From the NCBI RefSeq assembly GCF_964204865.1, contig NC_135256.1, forward strand, positions 11,718,001 through 11,782,000: a stretch of DNA of 64,000 nucleotides, in the 5' to 3' direction. The position numbers were made by a program, and so were the translations under genes. This stretch comes from Styela clava. Its lineage: Eukaryota. The notes beneath the pieces were generated by a model. The model was not told the origin of the DNA. It was given only the letters and a program-made list of their open reading frames with translations, and did no database searches. Positions 40,001-51,339 of this stretch are shown here, piece after piece; the stretch's first letter is position 1; the number at the start of each line of letters is the position of its first letter.

Positions 40001-43000
40001 AACGAAAATGTACAATCCCTCCTAAAAAATAATGATGAAAATCTCTTTCAAGCCATTTGATCATGCAGCAAAATCCCAAAACATTGTCAGCTGCACAAGA
40101 TATAAATAAGAGCAAGTTATTCATTCCTCTTTAGTATTACATTGTAATAAATCATAGCGATAATGTAGAAAAGATAAATACAGCAAAAATGCAACCATTG
40201 ACATTAGACCTAGTAAGATAAACATTTCTTTAATAAAACAATAATACCAACCACCGCAATGTTTTATGCTTTTGTACATCTTAGGGCATACATCCTTAAA
40301 CAGAACCAGCTCATTCAAAGTATTAACAAGGTCTTCTGAACTCCCTTTGCTACTTATACCCAAGACTTCACACAAGTCTATCAAACGAGAATCAGATGTC
40401 TGCAAAATAAGAGCAATTGCCTCAAATAATAGTTTTTAAATATATAGCTATAGTTTTAAAATATATATATCTGTACAGTATAAACACCAAAATTAAAACA
40501 AAAACTATTGTAATTATTGCAGTGTCAAATTTTTGTTTTCAAATCGAGGCATTTGGTCATTTTTGACTATTTGTGAGACAAAAAGGTAGAAAAAAGTATG
40601 CCTACAAGAGGAGAGTTTATAGCTTGAAGAATATCTTCATGAGAGACTTTGGAGTAGGCTAGAGGCTTTTCAACAACTGGCTTGTTAAGAATAAATCCTT
40701 TCCTATGCTCTGTATTTGGGACTTCACTTGAAAATCGGCATTCTGGAGATATCCAAGGTGCAACTGTGTTGTACATTATTTCCACTTTCCATGGATTCTC
40801 CTTACAGCCTGGTTATTCATAAGGTTGAGATCAGTGAACTGGATACATAAACTAATACAGAAACTATCAAATAACATGTGAAACGTGAACAAAAGCAAAG
40901 AAAAATTTAAAATAAAAGCTAGGTAAAAACCAAATAAAGTTAATCATTGTCCACGAGATAGATCTGTACGCATAATTCAAGTACCGGTATGTAAATGTAT
41001 TCCTGACCATAAAATCCTCTTCCTATAATTTCCATCTGATATTTTTCCCAAGTTGCGTCTACATCAACGAGGTCACAAGTATTTTGGGTTTTGTCAACGG
41101 CTTCAACTGTATGTAAACGAAATACCAAATTTACAGCTTGTGATATTTCATCAGCTATGTTTTAAATGCGCAGCCAAATAATGTTGCTAATGTTACCTGG
41201 TCTTCTGCACGTGTTTTTCCAATTACCATCACATATCAGCACTGTTGGATATATTCCACATTTCAAGCAACAAAAGTCGTATTGATAGTCTTGGAGAGCC
41301 AAAAAATGCAAGAACGCATTCCTGATCTTATTATAAGGAATAGTTTCGATGAACAACATTTTTAGATTGCTCTCGATTGAGATATGATTCTAAACAGTGG
41401 AATTAAAATTGTATTTTATAGTATAACCTTGCAAACCATATTTGACCAGAACTAATAATGCAATACAACAAATATTTATGTGAATTTAGCACACGCCTTT
41501 GAGCTGCTTTGTCCATAATAGACCAGTAAACGGCAATAATCAATAACTCACTTTCAGTCCACGCAGTAAATAACAACACAACTTGAGACTCAATAAAACA
41601 CTATTGTCAAAATTATGAAAACCTTCTTCATATTCTTGATATCTAACTTCCATTCCACATTCAGCACATTCCTTGATGAATAATTCAGTTGCTGTGCAAA
41701 CATTTATAATAACTCGTAAAAATAGTTGTTAAGGAATAAAACATAGAAGCATGATTTAAATATCTTGGTATAATATCACAGGCTATTATCTAACGTTTCG
41801 ACTTCGTATTTTACAAAATTCGACAAAATTCGTATTTTATACCAATAAGAAGTTTAAACCATACAATGACAAGCATTCATACTTTTCCAAATGTGGCCCA
41901 TTCCATATGCTACTGTTCGTTTTTTATTCTTGATGCATAAATCCTCGTCGCACTTAAGACATTTTTGTTCAGAGGGAGTCAGCAAAAGCGGAGGAGAAAT
42001 GTCACGCAAAAGACGCTGAGGTATTTCAGCTGGAATTCTTTTTTTTGTTAAAAAATACTTCATCATATAGTCCATATTATCAGTCAGTGTATGACAAATA
42101 CTGTAAAAGATGTGAAGCATTGTAAATGAGAAATATCAGAAAATGCATCTTGCCAAAGCAAGTTCTACTATGTTAAAAAATACCTAATCCAAATATTTAT
42201 AAAAAAATATTGAATAGGCTACAACAGAGGTGGCCAACCTACTTGCGACCGCGATCGACTAAAATCTAGTTTTCAGTCGTAAGTGTTGAATTTCTCAAAA
42301 AAAACTTGCTTAGTATCCATGTATTATCTAAATAGCAAAAAATAAATATTCGCAAACCATAACAGTTACATGATTGTTGAAACTTCCTGATATCCTCTTA
42401 GCTTGCCTAGAATTAGGAAAAATTGGCATTCTGATGCGACTGCTACAGTTGAGAATAAAATTTATCACACTACTCCCGGAGTGAGACAACTACTTTCCAC
42501 AGAGCGCAAGAGTTATCGTACGATCCTACGTTAGTTCAGGCAATATTCAATACTCGATTCAGGCGACACGACATTCGGAATGCTCATTTTCTTACTTTTG
42601 GCAGCGGCAAAACTTTCTTTCGTTGCATATCGCATAATAATTTGTTCAGTCGGTCTCGCTTGGGTTCAAGGACTATATCTGTATATCGTATTTAACGCTT
42701 GCGCAGTACTGCGTTATTTCTATTATAAAACACACAACATGCGCTGCATGAAACTGGTTAAACGCAATTTTTTAAGCTATGTTACCGAATTTTCTAAACA
42801 TCAGACGAGATCGACCACTCAGAACGTGGCGATCAACCGGTCGATCAACGTGTTGGCCACCCCTGGGCTACAACATAAAAATGAAATAAAAAATTAGGCA
42901 TTCAACCAATCTGTCCAATAAAACAAGGAAGCACACATGCTACTAAGTAATATTGCTGGTAGAAAGGAAAGATGAGGTGAATATTTTGGATTATATAACT

Positions 43001-44809
43001 AATACTACTGCAGAATATAATTCATTATAAAAGAAAATACACCTATTATGTATAAAAATGCTTTAAATAAACCTGGAAGGGCGCTTGATCCATTCAGGTT
43101 GTTGCTCCAATAAACACCACTTCGCTACAGCCTCATGGTAACATGTCGAACTCATGCCCGAGGTTGGACAAAGGCACGAAAATTCCCCATTATCTTTATT
43201 GAAAGAAACTCTTACCCTCTTCAATGGTGCAAAATATTGAATTTTTTCAGTGTAAACGGAAAAATAGATTGTTCTTGTTTCAAAACCCATTGTTGAAAAA
43301 TCAACAAGGGCTACAAGAGTGCAGCAATCCTTTTCACTGATTTCCTTCATATTTTTGCACCATTGAACCGACGAATCATTCAATATATTAAATTCCCTTA
43401 GTCGGTTTAGCGATGACAGTTGCAGTTTGTTTGTCGTTAAAATTGAAGATTCAGAGATAGAGTCCAAATGTCGACATTGGATTCCTGGATTGACTGTTGA
43501 AATGGCTTTGATAATTGAAATACAGTCGTCATCAGTGCACATAATTTTTTGGTTCAATGTGTGCTTTTGAACATGAATTGGAGCAAGTGGGCCAGAATCA
43601 CTTTGAGCAACCATATAGATTCCATTGAATGTGTCAACGCATACGCTCGGTAAAAGCTGAGTTGCATTGTGTTTAAGTTGAGCATGTCGCATCAATGACG
43701 ACTGATGCCTAAAGCGCTTGTCACAAGGTATGCATTGAAAGTTGAAAGTACCTGTAAAGTAAAAGTATGTAAACGAACAAGGTCTAAAAATGTGAAAAAA
43801 ATATCGAATGAAAATGAATCATGTAAAAGTGGTAAAGAAATAGATACAAATCACAAAATTTCAATGCACGAGTTTTCTTGACATACAATAAACAATTATT
43901 TATGCTCTCATATCTATAAGCGGACACCAACTCAATACCTAATACTTGCTAAATATCCATTAGAACATCTTTTCAATCATTAGCTTACCTTCACATAGAC
44001 TTTCTGAACTTTTGTTATTAGAATCTATGTCCATATCCCTGACTTCTTCACTTTCAATCACACCCAAACAATCTACACAAAACATTGAAATTCCAAAGTT
44101 ACTGTGTTATAGCTAGGTACTCTATTTGCAAGAAATAAGCCACAAAATAGTTTTAACCCGAACAACAGCCCGAAAGTTTATTACTATCGTGTATTTTGTT
44201 TTTTAAGTTTGGCCCAAGCCTCATTTAATTGGGCTTGTGTTTTTGTGTGCGTGCTGGTGGGCAGGCACATGAGATACTTCATGTTTTAAACTTTTTTGTA
44301 GGTTTTGCTTGCCCTCCAGAATTCTCCATTTTAAATTTAGGTTTGTTATGGAGTTTTCGAAATAAACTATCTATCTATCTAACCCTTACTCTTAGTAAGC
44401 CTCCTGTGGTCAATCATAGAATTTCTCCGTCCAAATATTTTTTCACAGGAGGGACAATGATAGTGACTCCTGGTCAAAGCACTTGTTCCTCGCTTCATAC
44501 AATCTCTTCTACAAGGCATAATGAAAGCTAAAATATTTGAAGATATACCGACTTATAAAATGACCAGTCATCACAACGAAAATATTCAGTATTCATAAGC
44601 TGTACCAGTAATACTGTATACATACCTCTTTCATCCCCATTGATGATATGAACAGCATATTTGATATGTTGAGTTTTCAGGTGGTGTTGAAAGCCACCTG
44701 GTGTTGTAAATGATACTCCGATACATAGTATGCATTGGTAAAAATCATTCACTTTTATGCACAAATCATCAAAATTTTCTGATTTTGTCTTAAAATAAGT
44801 ATCTGCCAT
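34090..44809 (-). CDS. Zisupton multidomain transposase (C2H2 fingers, SWIM, CxC, SAP-like, KDZ/HMGXB3-like core, Ulp1/C48 SUMO protease, PHD), many exons
   Basis: C2H2 CILC...HHLKTQH; SWIM FSCLCP...CYHEAV; core CLKCGIYPTVLICDGNWK, CPHGICYYMKYLLRQESARDYID, IISDIA, LCDRFH, NTSVAEQEN; Ulp1 triad GNHWTL / IYDPVG / QEDGFNCG; PHD CVGC...VECDGCERWCHQYC...FFCEHCT* (stop at 34090). Full exon chain not verified. Confidence 0.85.
42225..42865. mobile_element. hAT-type MITE in an intron of the Zisupton gene
   Basis: TIR CAGAGGTGGCCAAC ... GTTGGCCACCCCTG; 8-bp TSD GGCTACAA (42217-42224, 42866-42873). Confidence 0.9.
44162..44380. repeat. ~220-bp repeat ending in (TATC)n; other copies at 44986-45201 (inverted) and 46738-46953 (direct)
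   Basis: Near-identical sequence ACAACAGCCCGAAAG...AAACTATCTATCTA in three places. Confidence 0.9.
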
Positions 44810-44985
44810 TTATTACTTAATAAGGTGTTTCAAGATCTAAACATATATGAAGTTACTGGTAGATACTTCAGTACACAGTCTACACAGCCAAATTAAAATA
44901 GGTAATTCAACTTATCGTAGGCTACCTCGTGAATACTAGAAATTTGGAGATACCGGTACAGAAATAGATAGATAGATAGATAGTT

Positions 44986-46953
44986 TAGATAGATAGTTTA
45001 TTTCGAAAACTCCATAACAAACCTAAATTTAAAATGGAGAATTCTGGAGGGCAAGCAAAACCTACAAAAAAGTTTAAAACATGAAGTATCTCATGTGCCT
45101 GCCCACCAGCACGCACACAAAAACACAAGCCCAATTAAATGAGGCTTGGGCCAAACTTAAAAAACAAAATACACGATAGTAATAAACTTTCGGGCTGTTG
45201 TACTCTCTTTCAACAATTACGTTGATAATGACCAATACCTACAACCTAATGCAAAGATAATGTGGGGAGTGGAATGTAATAAATTTGCGACGATAGTCAT
45301 ACTCATGAAGCCATGAAAGCTTTAAGAAAAACCAAGCCATGAAAAACTACACTGATTGCTAGATTGGGCATTGCGGAAAAGGTGATAAGTGGTTTAATAT
45401 ACAAACAAACGCAAAACCATGGCGGCAAATTCGGTGTGCGGACACTCATAAAAGCAATTATTAGGAAAAACACTAATCACACGTGAGCAGGTCTGTAGCC
45501 TAATTGATACATTGACGTGGCCAACATTGTTAAAACAGTACGGTACCGGTATACACACAGAGAGAACAAATCAAAAATATGCCACTAAATGAATGTTTAA
45601 AAATGTTACACTGCAAACTATTTACACATATATAGTTGAGTACTCAGTATTCAAGCAGAATTTCTAGAAATAGCAGTATATCATACTCTTTGTCACAAAA
45701 TAAAATATCTGAATCAATCCCTGTTGTATTCATCTTTCGATTCTGTTATGATGTCCGTATGTTGCCTTTATGCTGCCATGTAATTTCATATTTCGGCCTT
45801 GTTGATATTCCTTAAGTGCTGGTTCATTGTTGTCAATCTAATCTTTCTGCGCCGTTCAAAAATGCGACCGCACCCGGCGACTGCCAAACACAAACTTTAA
45901 ATCCAATCTTTTATCCATAAACTTCTTTAATTCCGGTGGATGGGCCTTGATCATGTTGATATCACGAGATACAAATCTAATAGTAAATACCGAAACACAC
46001 AGCGCGTAGCATTCTCAGTCCAACAGCATTGATTGATCTTTCATCTAACAGAGCAACAAAAACACGTCCGACCCAGACGGCAGTCTGAAGAGTGCTTGTA
46101 TCTGTGTAAATGAACAATGAACCAGCACTTAAGGAATATCAACAAGGCCGAAATATGAAATTACATGGCAGCATAAAGGCAACATACGGACATCATAACA
46201 GAATCGAAAGATGAATACAACAGGGATTGATTCAGATATTTTATTTTGTGACAAAGAGTATGATATACTGCTATTTCTAGAAATTCTGCTTGAATACTGA
46301 GTATTCAACTATATATGTGTAAATAGTTTGCAGTGTAACATTTTTAAACATTCATTTAGTGGCATATTTTTGATTTGTTCTCTCTGTGTGTACACCGGTA
46401 CTGTTTTAACAATGTTGGCCACGTCAATGTATCAATTAGGCTACAGACCTGCTCACGTGTGATTAGTGTTTTTCCTAATAATTGCTTTTATGAGTGTCCG
46501 CACACCGAATTTGCCGCCATGGTTTTGCGTTTGTTTGTATATTAAACCACTTATCACCTTTTCCGCAATGCCCAATCTAGCAATCAGTGTAGTTTTTCAT
46601 GGCTTGGTTTTTCTTAAAGCTTTCATGGCTTCATGAGTATGACTATCGTCGCAAATTTATTACATTCCACTCCCCACATTATCTTTGCATTAGGTTGTAG
46701 GTATTGGTCATTATCAACGTAATTGTTGAAAGAGAGTACAACAGCCCGAAAGTTTATTACTATCGTGTATTTTGTTTTTTAAGTTTGGCCCAAGCCTCAT
46801 TTAATTGGGCTTGTGTTTTTGTGTGCGTGCTGGTGGGCTGGCACATGAGATACTTCATGTTTTAAACTTTTTTGTAGGTTTTGCTTGCCCTCCAGAATTC
46901 TCCATTTTAAATTTAGGTTTGTTATGGAGTTTTCGAAATAAACTATCTATCTA
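44986..46953. repeat. Large inverted repeat: arms 44986-45831 and 46113-46953, 281-bp spacer
   Basis: Arms are reverse complements apart from one 5-bp indel and a few substitutions. Confidence 0.93.
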
Positions 46954-47576
46954 TCGGGCAGTAAGGTACCTAGATTACCGGTACCGCATTCTGGCATTAC
47001 CCTACTGCTGTACTGGCAGACTATCTAGCTATCAAAAAGTCAGAGTGATTGTTAAAAGACAGAGGCTTGCATGGATAACAGCTCACAAATCTTACGACTC
47101 TGTAACTGAAATTACCAAAGTCGCAACGCACTAATGAGGCACATTAATATCATACTCACCTGCCATTATCCATAGTACAAAAACCCCAGATACTGCAACA
47201 TACATGGTAATAAGGCATACCGGTAAATATTTTCCGAAGCTGCCCTGAAACCATGGCAAAGCTGCCGCGGTAACGGCAGTACTTTTTGCCATCGCCGCGG
47301 TATATACACACTTGCCACGGTTTGCTAATAACCATGGCAAGAGACGGCGTGGTACGCTCGTGGCAGGAGCTGCCATGAAGTGGTAAGAACTGCGCCTCCG
47401 TAACACAATACCGGTACTTGATGCTGCTGTTTTCATTTTATCTAATGTCTATCGATTTAGGTACCTGTATGACAGTCAAAACGCTTGCATCAAGTTGAGC
47501 CTTTCTAATATATCTATACATCAATCAAACGTGGGTCGATATTTTAGTTAAAGATTCTGGTAAACAAAAAGCAATC

Positions 47577-50468
47577 ATGTCAAAAAGACCCATTGATGAC
47601 CAGCCGTCTACTGATATAAAGAAAGTAGCAATAGGTAAAGTAAAAATGCAGGTAATAAAATATTTTTGAAGAACCAAAAAATAAACAATGCAGATCTGTT
47701 ACAACTGTCAGACTGTTCAATACACTGATACAAGCATTCTTCCGTCCAATTAATATTAATAACAAGTTTGGGAATCCTATGTCTGTATCAATAAGCCATT
47801 GTGATTGCATTTTTATTATATTTTTAAGAAAAATTTGAAGGGTAATTCCATAGGAATGTATGAGTAAGAGCATTTAATTCAAATCTTTCTGCATCCTTTT
47901 AGACATTTCAGGAACTGTTTCAATTTTTTTCGATCAGGGTTATCCACATTGAAAGGATATGTTGCAGAAAGAAAAGGAGAGCGAGCAGATATGCAAGATG
48001 CTCATGTAATATTGGATAATTGTACTGCAGACTTCACACAATTTGCGGATAAAATGTATGTGATAGGCCCTAGTTAGATAAAAAATATGGGATTTTGATA
48101 TTTTTAAAAAAAGATTAAAATTAAAACATTCTGGGGAATACATTGATAAAAACTTGTTCGACTCCTGTTTTTAATTGGTACATTGATTTAGGTTTAAATT
48201 TTGATTCATGTGCGTCAATGTTTGTAGTAATTTTTTTGTCTGTTTTTTTGTTATTTTCATTGTCTTCTTTACGGGTAGGCTACTGCAGTACTGGTTTATT
48301 AAAAAATTTCCCAATTTGTTTGTTGCCTTGATAAAGAATAGTTAATACTAGTTCAGTATACTTGAGCAATATTTCTAATTCGACTGTTAATGAGGATTAA
48401 CTATTTTTGTTTTACAGTCAAAGAGTTGCATATTATGCTGTATTTGATGGCCATGGTGGTCATCGTGCTTCAAAACATTGTGCAAATCATTTACATCAAC
48501 ATTTGATGCAAAAATTACCTAAATGTAAGTTTAGTTATGGTTAAATTTAATGGAAAAAATATGGGATCAACTGAAGAATCTCTCCCCGGACCCGCCTGGG
48601 GAGGAGATTCTTCAGTTGGAATACAACCAAACTAATCTGCCAATGTAATGATTTTGGGGGTATTTATGCGTAATATTTGGCAAATAAAGTAATGGATTGT
48701 TACCTGTTTGGATATAGTCTTTGTATATCGTGAGTATTAATTTCCCGATCTGCTCTGACACATTCTATTTTCCATCTCAACTGGACTAACTGAATAATCT
48801 GGTATTTCCAAGTGGAATTTATGAATTCATAACAATCGAACTGATGCTGTATTTTATATTTTTAGATGAAGTTAACAATTTTCCGAAAGAAATGAAAAAA
48901 ATGATTTTTCAGTCGTTCAAATCAGTTGATGAAGAATTCTTAAAAGAAGCTTCTGCTCAGTAAGTTGTATTCACATGAATATGTGGACGAATTTTTCATG
49001 ATTCCAAGATGTTTTAGCTCAAATTCTTAGTGAATTTAGTGAAATAGAATAGGTGAACTGCATGTGAACAAGCTAAATATATATTTTTTCTTTAGGAAAC
49101 CTGTTTGGAAAGACGGAACCACAGTCTGTTGTATTTTATTGTTGGATGACACCATGTACATCATGAATCTTGGTGATAGTAAGGTTGAAGTTATAGCTTT
49201 AAATGTCAAAAGAGGACCATCTGATTAAATTCAGCCAAAAATGCCGTAATTGCTCATGATGACGTTTCAACGTAATATGTTCCATCAGATGGTGTTATTT
49301 TGACTCATTGAGGTTATTGGAAATGTATGATAATTTCAATGATATTTATTGTTCTTAACAGGCCATTTTGTGTAGATATAATTCAGAACATAAAAAACAT
49401 GTATCAGTGTCTTTGAGTAAAGACCATAATCCTACTGATTATGATGAGAGGCAGAGGATACAAAAACTAGGAGGTCAAGTCAGGTATGAACCTTTACCAC
49501 TTACTGATTGTAGAGTTTATTTATAGTTGATTCTAGAATCTTAAAAGCGAACACTTTTGAACATATCTTCTCTGTTTCAGGAATAATCAATCTTTTTCTC
49601 ATGTGTGAGCTCATGATAATTTTCAAAATATTCATTTCTAATAGCTCTGTGAGCTGTCCAATGCATTGTTACTTGCTATGAATTATTAGTTCCATCAGAC
49701 CTGACAAAGATGATTGCGCTAGAATATTTGATGTTTTACTCTACTCATAGTCTTGTGACTCTCACCCAATTAATGCAAACAAGGTTAAATATAAAGCTGG
49801 AACATACAAGCCTTATAGGTTATTAAGTAAATCTAAATATGCTTGATGCTGTAATTTCTGGTTTTTCAGGGAAGGGAGGGTTATGGGTATCTTAGAAGTG
49901 TCAAGATCAATTGGAGATGGTCAGTATAAAAGATGTGGAGTAATCAATACACCTGATGTTAAACGTTGCCAATTAACTTCAAATGATAGATTTTTATTGA
50001 TTGCGTGTGATGGATTGTGGAAAGTTTATAGTCCTGATCAAGCTATAGAATTCATTCTTAATGTACTGCAGGTCAGTTTCTGTTTTGTTCGCTTTATTCC
50101 GGAGTAAGTAAATATTCTCCATATTGCCAAGAGGTACATTTGTCTATTCATATATGTTTCGTCCTTTCACTGCTTTTGTTAAGAGTGTTTGAATCGACTA
50201 ATCATAGTGATATCTATTTCATCATTTTTATTAGAATTACAGTGATAACATAGATATCCTTTTGTCAGTTTTTAGTGATTTAATTTAATTTTAATAAATT
50301 GCAATTTATCTATTTCAGGATAACTCTGTACAAATTCCAGAGGGATCAACAAAAACTCTTGAAGAGACAAGATTTGAAGCAGCATGCAATAAACTAGCTA
50401 GTGAAGCAGTTCGGAAAGGAAGTGCAGATAATGTGACTGTTTTACTTGTGTCTGTTTCGAAACTTTAA
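47577..50468 (+). CDS. ILKAP: Integrin-linked kinase-associated PP2C phosphatase, multi-exon
   Basis: LKGYVAERKGERADMQDAH, AVFDGHGG, WKDGTT, NLGDSKA, GILEVSRSIGDGQYKRCGV, IACDGLW, EAVRKGSADNVTV; stop TAA at 50466-50468. Start codon uncertain (N-terminus shorter than vertebrate ILKAP). Confidence 0.92.
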
Positions 50469-51339
50469 TGAACATGTTCCATAGCAGTACTGTGAATGGC
50501 TCTGTTCAGAGTTTCAAAATGCACTTTTTTCATCATTCCATTGAAAAGTAAAACTCATTGTGATGCCGATAGGAACAGGATGTTTTAATGTCTTTTCACG
50601 AATAAGGGCAATTTTTTTGTTTGGTTTTTCGGGAAATAAATGGCTTTATTGCAATGATGTTGGGGGATGGCCGACGGCGCACAGGAACTTTGGAATAGTC
50701 TGATCTCAGCATTTCGTTTAATGTTTTCAAATACATCTGGCCTTGACTCTTATCATGTGTGTGTTGGACTCACAATAAACGTCGATGATCAAACACTCCC
50801 AGTAAAACATTTTAGGGTTTTATATTCATGTATGGTAATATGAATCTCTGCAGATAGAAGATATACCTGAAGTGTATGTTCAGTCGCCGCACCTAGCCGG
50901 TCATTAAAAATCTGGTCAATAAATCACGCCGGAAAAAAGTAATATGTTTTTAAAAAAATTTCCTGTAATCAGTATGGCCGTGGTGTCATTTCATCTTCAA
51001 TACACTCTGAAACGCCACATTGAAACGTTCATCACAGGTCAAAACTTTCCACAAAAGGCTTGCGATATTTATTCCTTGCATGTTTGAACGGGAAATAAAC
51101 GGTGGCATGAACTCGTTGCCCATGTTTAAGAAAAGTTGTGAGCCGCAAAAAAAATTTTCTTAATAAGACTGTTGGTGAACTAAGAGTATGACTTAAAATA
51201 AATAACATTTCACGGTCAAACAATGCTTTTGGAAAATCCATTTATCTGCAACATTAAATGGTCCTTTCACGACCATTACGCAGAGCGCTATTTTGCAAAG
51301 AAAGAGTGCGAACCTAATCACGTAAACTAATAATGCTAG

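Larger units (their letters stand above)
32050..47398 (-). mobile_element. Full-length Zisupton (KDZ) DNA transposon, ~15.3 kb
   Basis: 8-bp TSD CGTAACAC (32042-32049, 47399-47406); short imperfect TIRs CAAGTGCAGTTTT vs revcomp GAGGCGCAGTTCT; GC-rich subterminal ACCACGGCAG/GCTGCCG repeats at both ends; internal KDZ transposase gene. Confidence 0.85.
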
